A DNA stretch of 64,000 bases from a virus (IMGVR_UViG_3300005573_000995:22877-86876); one strand, 5' to 3'; shown: positions 26,221 through 34,227, counted from the first letter of the stretch. The notes: generated by a model from the letters alone, not told the origin. Program-made: numbers and translations.

Positions 26221-27303
26221 TTGAACATTCCTCAAGTTTCCCCCAACCAGCTTATGAAAATTTTAGAAATAGCGCATAAAACTAAAACTGCTGTCCTAAT
26301 AGTAGGACGCTACGGAGTCGGAAAGACCTCAATCCCATATCAATACGCTAATGATAACAGATTTTACCTCGAGGACCTAAAGCTAAGTCAATTTGATGCG
26401 ATAAGCTTGAGAGGTCCTCCGGAGACCGAAATAAAAGACGGTATAAAAATAACGACTTGGCCTATAGGAGACATGTTTTATAGACTTTCACAACATAAAG
26501 AAGGGGCCGTTTTGCTATTGGATGAATTCGATAAAGCGACCCCTTCAGTAGCTAGCGCTAGTTATGAGCTATTACTTCAGAGACGTTATGGTAATTTTGT
26601 TTTAGCAGATAACGTTTTGATTGTAGCTACAAGTAATTTAGAATCTGAAGATTTTAGGAGTGAGGGATTTAGTATCCCTCAATTGGACCGTCTGTTAAAA
26701 GTAGAGCTAGCTTATCAGCTTGAGGATTGGCTAGCTTATGCGAAAAACAAGGGAATAGACAGTAGAATTATAGAGTTTATAAGCACTAATCCCTCTCGCT
26801 TATGGAGAGAAGGACAACCTGAAAGTTTTACTACTACTTCACCTAGAGGATGGGAAAGATTAAGCCATCTACTTCAAAACGTTAATAATTTGGATGTTGA
26901 GCTAATCGAGACGCTAGCAGGGGCCCTAGTAGGGTCCGATATCGCTAGCGAATTTATTGAATTCATTAATGAGGTATCATGGCAAAAGATTTACATTAAC
27001 AACGATATGCAGAAGCTTAAAAACCTTGATTTAGCAGCTAGAAAACTAGTAATAAAACAAGCTGCCCAAGATGTTGCTAGTGATATTGTGAAATCGCATA
27101 ATGCTGCTTATAATCTGAAACTAACGTTTATAACGAATTATTGCCTAGATTATGATGATCTTGAATTTGCTGTTTTGTTTTTCAGAGGCCTGAAGCTAAA
27201 TCTCGACAGTTTTGATGATTTTATTAGGTCCTATAGCTGGCCAAGAAAAACGGAATTATTGACAAAAATAACTGCCTTCAGTAAAAATGGAGGCAGTTCC
27301 TAA
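26221..27303 (+). CDS. MoxR-family AAA+ ATPase (copy 2)
   Basis: GRYGVGKT, LLLDE, ATSN, LDRL, SPRGW. Confidence 0.9.
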   Translation: MNIPQVSPNQLMKILEIAHKTKTAVLIVGRYGVGKTSIPYQYANDNRFYLEDLKLSQFDAISLRGPPETEIKDGIKITTWPIGDMFYRLSQHKEGAVLLLDEFDKATPSVASASYELLLQRRYGNFVLADNVLIVATSNLESEDFRSEGFSIPQLDRLLKVELAYQLEDWLAYAKNKGIDSRIIEFISTNPSRLWREGQPESFTTTSPRGWERLSHLLQNVNNLDVELIETLAGALVGSDIASEFIEFINEVSWQKIYINNDMQKLKNLDLAARKLVIKQAAQDVASDIVKSHNAAYNLKLTFITNYCLDYDDLEFAVLFFRGLKLNLDSFDDFIRSYSWPRKTELLTKITAFSKNGGSS

Positions 27304-28649
27304 TGAATTACGAAAAAATTATAAATGATGCGCTTATACTAATCCGCAATAAATCAAGGATATCCTTCAGCATATTAAAAAATTTTGACTTTAAGGCTTC
27401 TAGTGAAATAAATACTTTTGCTGTAGATGAACAAAACTTAACAATTTACTACAGCCCTAAATTTATTGAGGAAATTTTAAGCAATAAGAAATATACGCTA
27501 TTCACAATAAGCTCTATAATTGAACATGAATTATGCCATGTGCTTGGAGAGGATTATTTAAGAGCTAAACTTCTTCAAAAAAATAACATACCTATTATTC
27601 TTGATGTTTGGAATTGGTCTTGTGATGCTATAATTAATTCGGACCTTATAGCTCACGGTTGGAGCCTGACGGAAAACTGTGTATACCCAGATTTTAGAGC
27701 TATAGGCTTCGACCGTGTCCCTCCTAAAGAAGTACTTTACGAAAGAATTTTAAGAGATTATTATAACGAAGGAGACCAAGGGGACCAAGACCAAGATCAA
27801 GACCAAGACCAAGATCAAGACCAAGACCAAGATCAAGACCAAGACCAAGATCAAGACCAAGACCAAGATCAAGACCAAGAAGGAGGACAATCCGCCAAGG
27901 CTAAAGCTAAAGTAAATGTTAAGGGTTGTCAAGGACAGCAAACAATAGAGGATCCCAAAGATTTTGAAAAAAGCGTTGAAAAGGCTAGTGCTGATATAGC
28001 TCAAAAAATCGAAAAATCATTACAAAACATAGATAATAAAGACATTAGTGAAGATACGCCACAAGCAGTTAAGATATTTGCCCAAAATATCTTAAAACGC
28101 TTAAGAATTCCATTTAGCGCTAAACTGTCTAGGGTTATCTCTACCCATCTAGGAGATTCGGAAAATTGGACAAGACCTCATATAATTAGTAGTGCTGTAG
28201 GCAAGAAATTGCCTAGTTATAACAAGGAATTGCCTAAAATCGCTATAATCTTTGATGTTTCAGGTTCAATAGATACTGAAGAGGCACAAAACTTTTTGAA
28301 TTTAGCTAGTAAATATATTAGAGCACATAGAGAATCAGAGATTTACGTAATAACTTGCGATGATGCTGTCCAATTCTTTAAGAAAATTCACAATTTACAA
28401 GAAATACCGTTAGAGGGACGAGGCTCCACAGATTTTAGGCCACCATTCGAATTGATCAAGGAAAAACACTTAAACCCAGACCTAATTTTATACTTTACGG
28501 ATTTGCGAGGGATATTTCCTTCTTATCGAAAAATTCCTCAACTATATTGGATTGTTGAGGAAAAGAAGTACAATTCTCTCAACGAAGGATATAGATCTGA
28601 AGCCATTCGATTAGGGAAAGTTATTACCTACAGAGAGGATGAGCTATAA
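27303..28649 (+). CDS. HExxH plus VWA protein (copy 2) with a (DQ)n linker
   Basis: HELCH; DVSGS, GRGSTDF and FTD. Confidence 0.9.
   Translation: MNYEKIINDALILIRNKSRISFSILKNFDFKASSEINTFAVDEQNLTIYYSPKFIEEILSNKKYTLFTISSIIEHELCHVLGEDYLRAKLLQKNNIPIILDVWNWSCDAIINSDLIAHGWSLTENCVYPDFRAIGFDRVPPKEVLYERILRDYYNEGDQGDQDQDQDQDQDQDQDQDQDQDQDQDQDQDQDQEGGQSAKAKAKVNVKGCQGQQTIEDPKDFEKSVEKASADIAQKIEKSLQNIDNKDISEDTPQAVKIFAQNILKRLRIPFSAKLSRVISTHLGDSENWTRPHIISSAVGKKLPSYNKELPKIAIIFDVSGSIDTEEAQNFLNLASKYIRAHRESEIYVITCDDAVQFFKKIHNLQEIPLEGRGSTDFRPPFELIKEKHLNPDLILYFTDLRGIFPSYRKIPQLYWIVEEKKYNSLNEGYRSEAIRLGKVITYREDEL
27783..27878 (+). repeat. Hexamer tandem repeat GA(C/T)CAA x16 encoding (DQ)16
   Basis: 18-bp super-unit GACCAAGACCAAGATCAA x5 plus one GACCAA. 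Confidence 0.95.
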
Positions 28650-28775
28650 ATGATGGACAGTTTAGCCTACTTTTTCGACAGCCTAGCTAAACTGATAATC
28701 GAAATACTAAAAATTACGATAATTAGCGCAATAGCGTATATAATTTTAGCTTATGTCTTAAGGAGAGGCTCCTAA
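28650..28775 (+). CDS. 41-aa membrane peptide
   Basis: MMDSLAYFFDSLAKLIIEILKITIISAIAYIILAYVLRRGS; fills the gap between neighbours exactly. Confidence 0.55.
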   Translation: MMDSLAYFFDSLAKLIIEILKITIISAIAYIILAYVLRRGS

Positions 28776-29009
28776 ATGAATAAGAAGACACAAAAGAAGA
28801 TAAGGAAAACTGATAAAGAGCTAGAGGAAAACATGGAAATAGTCACCTTATCATGGGACCAAATACTAAATCTTGCGAAAGAACTAGAATCTCACAAAAA
28901 GAGAGATGAATTTTTAAGGCTATTTGAAGATAACAGAAAATTGCTAATTACCTATAAGGCTCGATGGGATTGTGATGTTATTTTGGGAGAATTGATAAGA
29001 ATTGAGTAA
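28776..29009 (+). CDS. Hypothetical protein
   Basis: SD GGAGAGG; operonic. Confidence 0.6.
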   Translation: MNKKTQKKIRKTDKELEENMEIVTLSWDQILNLAKELESHKKRDEFLRLFEDNRKLLITYKARWDCDVILGELIRIE

Positions 29010-29199
29010 AACAGCAAAATATCGCATTACCCTTAAAGACCAGAATGGTCACGAAATTACTCAAACAATTTGGTTAACTAGTGAACAATTCGATGAACTT
29101 GATAAGGCATTGCGCATTTTAAACAACATACTTGGCCTTAAATGTGATATTTTATATAATGATTGGATATGGATAATATAAAGGAGGTGAGATAAAAAA

Positions 29200-29472
29200 T
29201 TGAAAGACCAAAACAAAAACGATAAGAACATGGCAATACCTAAAGGCTTTTTTAAGGTCTTAAAATTACAGATGTGCCCTGAATGCAGATCCTCAAAATG
29301 GCAAATAACTAGCCCATTCCCTGCCGGATATCTTTCCCATGCAGCTACTATATGGGTTAATTGCAAAAAATGTGGAAGACTTGAAGCCTTCGGATGGCAA
29401 ATGTGTAAAATATGTAAAATTCATGTCTTCCGACTAGATAAAACAAAAGGCTGGAGACAGGAATTAGGCTAG
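29200..29472 (+). CDS. Zn-finger protein
   Basis: CPEC, CKKC, CKIC; SD GGAGGTGA; T-run terminator follows. Confidence 0.7.
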   Translation: MKDQNKNDKNMAIPKGFFKVLKLQMCPECRSSKWQITSPFPAGYLSHAATIWVNCKKCGRLEAFGWQMCKICKIHVFRLDKTKGWRQELG

Positions 29473-29613
29473 TACTTTTTTCTAGCTTCTTTCCCCGTTT
29501 TTCTATTTTCCCGAAATACTAGCGCGAGATAAGCGGATTTTATGCCTAGGAAAAGGCTTTTTTAGTAGGAATTATAGGGATTAAGGGTAGGCTATTCATG
29601 ATATACCTAGGGA

Positions 29614-29660
29614 TACCCATTACCCTATACCCTACCCATTAGCCATTACCCATTACCTAA
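29614..29660. repeat. Degenerate TACCCAT heptamer tandem; G-quadruplex motif on the minus strand
   Basis: Minus strand 29637-29616 reads GGGTAGGGTATAGGGTAATGGG. Confidence 0.7.
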
Positions 29661-29710
29661 ACTGCTTAATGGAAAAGGCTCCTACCTAGATTGATTAACC
29701 CTTAAGGTCA

Positions 29711-29934
29711 CAAATATTTGTTAAAAATTAACGTTTTGAGGGGACCACTGGATATCGGATTTTTTACAAATATTTGTAGCGGTTTAAGGGTTTGAAGGGT
29801 TAGCAAGCAGTTTAAAACCCTACAAATATTTGATAACCTACTCTACCTAGGATATAGTTAGCTCACTTATTGCGTTATAGATGCAATAAAGACCTATACC
29901 GTGTCCTAGATGTTGAAAGGTTTACAAATATTTG
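29711..29934. repeat. CAAATATTTG cluster 5 (4 sites; spacing 56/56/102)
   Basis: Sites at 29711, 29767, 29823 and 29925. Confidence 0.9.
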
Positions 29935-30214
29935 ATAACCTAGTCTTGCTGGTTTTGATGGCCTGTCCTTGTTGGTCTTGATAACCGATTACCCTAATCT
30001 AGCATTTTGATTTAGACATCAGATATAGGGTTATAGATGGGATAGTATAACTTGTATTAGCGCTCTACTGGCAATTCTTTCCTCCCGTCAAAAAGGCTAT
30101 ATATAGCGGGCTAACAGATGGACGGGAGTTATAGATATGTATAATCTCGGTTATCCTTCTTGCTACCAGTAAAGCTTATATATAGAGATAACAAAGGCTT
30201 ATAGAAGAGAAGGC

Positions 30215-30394
30215 ATGGGACAAAATAACAAATCTCATTATCATGTTACCGTAATGTGTCGGGAATGTGGGAAGTTATTTGACCTTCTGAAGTATTGGGA
30301 TTACTGTCCATACTGTCATATCGCCATCCCCTTCTCAGTAGTCGAAGTTACTGCAAGAGATATGAATACCGGACAGCAGATAATGCTTAAATAA
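30215..30394 (+). CDS. 59-aa Zn-ribbon protein
   Basis: CRECG...CPYC; TATA at about 30175. Confidence 0.7.
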   Translation: MGQNNKSHYHVTVMCRECGKLFDLLKYWDYCPYCHIAIPFSVVEVTARDMNTGQQIMLK

Positions 30395-30426
30395 TGGACT
30401 ATATATACGATTAATGTAGATATAGA

Positions 30427-30903
30427 ATGAACAGAAAGGAACTCGCTATAACAGCTTTAATGACTACTCTTTATGTCGTCTTAGTTCAATCTCTTGGTCC
30501 TCTATCCTTTATGCAAATACAGGTTAGAATAGCGAATGCTCTAATAGGTGTAGTGCCAGTAGTGGGTGAACCGGCAGTGATTGGTCTTACGCTAGGTGTA
30601 TTAATAGGAAATATCAACAGTCCTCTGGGCTTTATTGACCTTCTCTCGTTTATCCCTTCCCTTTTTGGAATGATAATAGTTCTCAAGACTAAAGGAAAGA
30701 TGGTAATGGTAGGGCTATCGGTCTATAGTCTATTACTTTCAGCTTGGGTAGCTTTTATGCTAAACATGATATTTGGAGTTCCATATCTTATAACATTTCT
30801 CTATGTGCTTGGAGGAATGATTATATCTACTGTCGTCCTAGGCTATCTGGTATATATTGGCTTAAAGAAAAGAATGAGAAGCTATGAGAGTAGCAAAAAT
30901 TGA
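30427..30903 (+). CDS. queT: QueT-family queuosine-precursor transporter (ECF S-component)
   Basis: ALM..LYVVL...PLSF..IQVRIA.AL...A.IGLTLG..IGN..SPLG..D pattern; multi-TM. Confidence 0.8.
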   Translation: MNRKELAITALMTTLYVVLVQSLGPLSFMQIQVRIANALIGVVPVVGEPAVIGLTLGVLIGNINSPLGFIDLLSFIPSLFGMIIVLKTKGKMVMVGLSVYSLLLSAWVAFMLNMIFGVPYLITFLYVLGGMIISTVVLGYLVYIGLKKRMRSYESSKN

Positions 30904-31375
30904 AAGAGCACTCATGATAGCTGAACTGGAATTAGACGGACTTAAAACTCACACTACTATGAAAAAAGAGAAGTGCAGAATCTATAACACCGTATTTGAT
31001 AAGAAAATTAGAAGAGCATTATCAGCAGTCAGGTCAGCAAGAGATATTCTACGCTTTGATGTTGGAGAGAAACAGATGACTATTACAACAAGAGGTGGCT
31101 CTAATCGTCATGGGAGATGGGATGCTAATCCAAGGTCTTCGTTTACTCAATTCCCCTGTGGCTTTGACATTGACGACAAAGAACCTGGCAAAGGACTAGC
31201 TAGCAAGTGTTGGCATTGTGGCAATGTATTTATCAAAACTAAGCTCTGTCCCGTCTGTAAGCTTTATATCTGCCCTAGCTGTCATGGATGTGGTTGTCAG
31301 CTATCTGATGAAGCTAGAAAAGCCGTCTATTGCGCTCTAAAGACGTTGAGTCCACAAACCACGCTTCTGGAGTAA
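30884..31375 (+). CDS. Cys-rich hypothetical protein
   Basis: CWHC, CPVC, CPSC.GC.C. Confidence 0.7.
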   Translation: MRVAKIERALMIAELELDGLKTHTTMKKEKCRIYNTVFDKKIRRALSAVRSARDILRFDVGEKQMTITTRGGSNRHGRWDANPRSSFTQFPCGFDIDDKEPGKGLASKCWHCGNVFIKTKLCPVCKLYICPSCHGCGCQLSDEARKAVYCALKTLSPQTTLLE

Positions 31376-31422
31376 TGAAAAGCTTAAATAACAGCTTATA
31401 TATATGTTTGACGTGATATAGA

Positions 31423-31719
31423 ATGGGAGAAACAGAAAAAAGCTTGAAGGAAGCAGTCGCCAACGCTATAGTCGAGATGGAGCCACTTAAGACCTTTGGT
31501 TATAAGACTAAAATGAGATATGACAACAAGTATGATGTTGTATGGATAAAGATATATAAAATAGCAAAGGGAAAAGGTCTGTTATGGCATTTGGGGAGTC
31601 TTCTCTCGCTTCGCTTACAGGCACATGGATTAAAGATAATCTATATGCGAGGTTGTCCAGATGGACAGATAGAGTTCGCAATAGATAGACAGAATACACA
31701 TCGTCTAACAATTTTATAG
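31423..31719 (+). CDS. Hypothetical protein
   Basis: Own TATA at about 31384-31400. Confidence 0.65.
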   Translation: MGETEKSLKEAVANAIVEMEPLKTFGYKTKMRYDNKYDVVWIKIYKIAKGKGLLWHLGSLLSLRLQAHGLKIIYMRGCPDGQIEFAIDRQNTHRLTIL

Positions 31720-31758
31720 GGGGAAAGGCATATATATTAGTTCTTCTGCTACTGGATA

Positions 31759-31837
31759 GGGGCAGATAGGGATTTAGCACATCCTCTTTTTGAGGATGGT
31801 TTGCATCGTAAGGTGCAGACGAAACTTGTCTGCCTCC
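31759..31837 (+). ncRNA. Putative structured small RNA 2 (three-way junction)
   Basis: Outer stem GGGGCAGATAGG/CTTGTCTGCCTC; hairpins CATCCTC-T5-GAGGATG and GTTTGCATC-GTAA-GGTGCAGAC; TATA 30 nt upstream. Confidence 0.75.
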
Positions 31838-31891
31838 TAATTTAGCCCAAACTTTATATATAAGACTCTAACCCTATTGTATCGAATCAAA

Positions 31892-32050
31892 ATGGCACAC
31901 AAAGTACTGACTAGGATAGGTCTAGTATCTTTAGGCATACTGGTCTTAATAGGAGTTATCATCTTCGACGTAACAGTTTGGAACAATTTATTTTCTTCCG
32001 GAAATGATTTGGGAAGAACAATAGGATATGGTATAGGATGCAAGGGATAG
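31892..32050 (+). CDS. 52-aa membrane peptide
   Basis: MAHKVLTRIGLVSLGILVLIGVIIFD...; TATA at 31853. Confidence 0.55.
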   Translation: MAHKVLTRIGLVSLGILVLIGVIIFDVTVWNNLFSSGNDLGRTIGYGIGCKG

Positions 32051-32066
32051 ACTCATAAAATGAGGA

Positions 32067-32252
32067 TTGAAAGACGAGATGGCTTGTCCCTACGCACAAA
32101 CTTATGCGGAACAAGGCTTCAATTACGTGGGTTCGGAAGACTTTTCCCACGCTTCTAATGGACCATATCAACAGATGATTAACAAGCTGATAGAGCAAGG
32201 ATGGACTGTCAAGTTCGTGGGTTTTGAGAGAGAGGAGGTGAGCAATCAATGA
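32067..32252 (+). CDS. Hypothetical protein
   Basis: Coupled to the next gene (ATGA). Confidence 0.55.
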   Translation: MKDEMACPYAQTYAEQGFNYVGSEDFSHASNGPYQQMINKLIEQGWTVKFVGFEREEVSNQ

Positions 32253-32434
32253 CTGAGATAACTAGGGAGCAGTTTTCTGCGTATGTCAAAGTTCAGTATA
32301 GCGGAGTAACCAACATGTTTGCTATTGATGTAGTAGAGGCTTTATCAGGACTTTCGAAAGAACAAATCCTCTCTATTATGAAGAACTATGAGGAACTCAA
32401 AAAACGATATCCAGATGTGATAAGGGTCATATAA
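32249..32434 (+). CDS. DUF5049-like small viral protein
   Basis: SGVTNMF motif. Confidence 0.7.
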   Translation: MTEITREQFSAYVKVQYSGVTNMFAIDVVEALSGLSKEQILSIMKNYEELKKRYPDVIRVI

Positions 32435-32481
32435 AAGACTGTAGGAAAAGTTTATATATTGTCCTTTTAATAGTGATATGC

Positions 32482-32651
32482 GCGGTGGAGCCAACGGAGC
32501 CAACAAGCGCCTTAGGTGCTTGCGCCCGTTGTGTATTCCTCCGCAAGTGGAGTGCGACCAGAGTCTCGCGAACTAGGCGAGGTTGCTCTGCTCCACTGTT
32601 TGGAGGTTAGTCCTCCGCGATGGGAGACAGTCGCAGAAGTCTCCCACCGCA
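32482..32651 (+). ncRNA. Putative structured RNA 3 (~170 nt, multi-helix, possible pseudoknot)
   Basis: GC-rich island with at least 7 complementary helices; TATA TTTATATA at 32451. Confidence 0.75.
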
Positions 32652-32680
32652 TACCCCTTAAATTGAGGTTTAACAACAAT

Positions 32681-32899
32681 TTGTTTCGTTGGCTTAAACG
32701 GCTATTTTCGTCTAGAAAGAAAGCCTTTTTGGGGCTATTTTGTGAGGAGCATTTGCCCGAAGTTATCAAATATCATGGAACTTGTATAGTAACTCCACTA
32801 CAAGGAGATTCGGTTCCTACTGACCAAAGGTGTAACGTATACACTTGTAAAAACTTAGTAGTATATTCTGTTGAGAAAGACGAGGATAAAATATTTTGA
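32681..32899 (+). CDS. Hypothetical protein (likely true start of ORF 32516..32899)
   Basis: GAGGT SD before the TTG at 32681; the upstream part of the ORF is the structured RNA. Confidence 0.55.
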   Translation: MFRWLKRLFSSRKKAFLGLFCEEHLPEVIKYHGTCIVTPLQGDSVPTDQRCNVYTCKNLVVYSVEKDEDKIF

Positions 32900-32922
32900 A
32901 TTATTTTCTTATGTGAGAAATA

Positions 32923-33117
32923 ATGGCTACATTACGCTGTCCTTATTGTGGTAAGTTCTTGAGTGTAGCTTATTATAAAATACATGTGAGATATATTTGC
33001 GAACAAAACCCAAACAACTATCAAACTACTACCTGCCCTAAGTGTGGTTACACATATAAAATAAGGGGGAGGAAACCAATAAATGCAAAACCTTATATAG
33101 AAGAAGAAGATTCTTAA
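32923..33117 (+). CDS. Zn-finger protein
   Basis: CPYC...H...C; CPKC. Confidence 0.7.
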   Translation: MATLRCPYCGKFLSVAYYKIHVRYICEQNPNNYQTTTCPKCGYTYKIRGRKPINAKPYIEEEDS

Positions 33118-33186
33118 AAGAGATAGCGGAGCATATTTAGTATCCGCTTGATATATACATTTAATCATTTTAAAAGGTGTAAATAA

Positions 33187-33489
33187 ATGAGTTTTCTTGA
33201 TAGTCGCACGTGGGAAGCACAAAAGAGGCCAGAGAAAGACCCCGAAAAGGTAAAAACTAGATATCAAGACATATATGAAGAAAAGGGTGCATCTGCATTT
33301 GCTGACCCAGTTCATAAATCATATCCGATAGATACTTATGAGCATGTAAGAGCAGCTATCGCTTATTTCTCTAAGCCGAAAAATTACAGGAGATATAAGC
33401 CGGAAGAGAGAAAGTGGATATGGAATCGCATAGTAAAGGCAGCAAAGAAGTTCAAGATAGAAGTATCAGAGCCTGAATGGTCCGATTAA
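33187..33489 (+). CDS. DUF6582-like protein
   Basis: FADP..YPID..HVRAA..YF...Y..E...I..RI..AAKKF.I pattern. Confidence 0.75.
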   Translation: MSFLDSRTWEAQKRPEKDPEKVKTRYQDIYEEKGASAFADPVHKSYPIDTYEHVRAAIAYFSKPKNYRRYKPEERKWIWNRIVKAAKKFKIEVSEPEWSD

Positions 33490-33713
33490 ACAAAAGGAGA
33501 GAAGCCTCTTTGAGTCGTCTTGCTGTCTCCCCTTTACTGTGTATTATCTTTGGGGCATTCTTAATAATCGACAAATTATTTTTACATCTAATCTTTTTTG
33601 ATTATGATAAAATTGGACTTGGATGGCTTAATCCGTATTTTTCTCATCTTATTTGGGGGCTTCTCTTACTTATGGCAGGACTGTTTGATGTGATAAGAAA
33701 TGAGCGCCCTTAA
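33477..33713 (+). CDS. Two-TM membrane protein
   Basis: Hydrophobic segments. Confidence 0.6.
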   Translation: MVRLNKRREASLSRLAVSPLLCIIFGAFLIIDKLFLHLIFFDYDKIGLGWLNPYFSHLIWGLLLLMAGLFDVIRNERP

Positions 33714-33930
33714 TCAAAAATGGTGGAGACGATGGAGAGAGAAAAGAGAAGGTCATTGGATAACCAAAGAGGATAAACACATATATATAAGAGATAAGAA
33801 AGAAGAGGATAGGGATGATGTTTGGGCTTTAGTGAAGAAACAGATTATGAGAGAAGTGGAATATACAGAGGATTGGGAAAGGTCGAACCTCTCGAAGAAA
33901 AAAGCACCTTCCAAGAAAAAATCAAAATAG
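33700..33930 (+). CDS. Basic hypothetical protein
   Basis: GHWIT...HIYI motif of the kind seen in phage head-associated proteins. Confidence 0.55.
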   Translation: MSALNQKWWRRWREKREGHWITKEDKHIYIRDKKEEDRDDVWALVKKQIMREVEYTEDWERSNLSKKKAPSKKKSK

Positions 33931-34130
33931 TTGATGTAATTGAAGTAAAAGGGGCATCAATTGTGGATATACGCGTAAAGTTCGACTATCTCGATGAGCC
34001 AATTAGCTTATGTTATCCTTCGTCTATGCCCAAAGAATACATTATCAATGATATCCAAAAAACGTATGATTTAATTAAAGGGAACAAAAATCCTTCAGAA
34101 CTGAAGGATTTAAAAGACTTAACATTATAG
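33822..34130 (+). CDS. Hypothetical protein
   Basis: SD GGGATGA before a TTG; ORF. Confidence 0.55.
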   Translation: MGFSEETDYERSGIYRGLGKVEPLEEKSTFQEKIKIVDVIEVKGASIVDIRVKFDYLDEPISLCYPSSMPKEYIINDIQKTYDLIKGNKNPSELKDLKDLTL

Positions 34131-34227
34131 GGGGAGAGGGGAATAAAGGACGTGAAGAACGCCGAAAAAACTAATTGTCTTCTGTCCTTGGCCTAGCGTC
34201 CCCTCTCCTTCCACAAAACTGCTAGGC
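34131..34227 (-). ncRNA. Putative pseudoknotted RNA 4
   Basis: GCCTAGC/GCTAGGC helix interleaved with GGAGAGGGGA/TCCCCTCTCC, plus an inner hairpin; minus-strand TATA TTTAAATA begins at 34257, 30 nt before the first paired G. Confidence 0.6.

Noticed and set aside
27750-28004. Minus-strand hydrophobic (LVLI)n ORF
   Set aside because: Antisense shadow of the DQ repeat.
31759-31837. Hammerhead ribozyme (three-way junction with GAAA)
   Set aside because: No CUGANGA core; the other junction strand is GATTTAGCA.
34131-34227. HDV-like ribozyme
   Set aside because: It has a 7-bp G-initiated P1 and a P2-like helix but no room for P3/L3 or P1.1.
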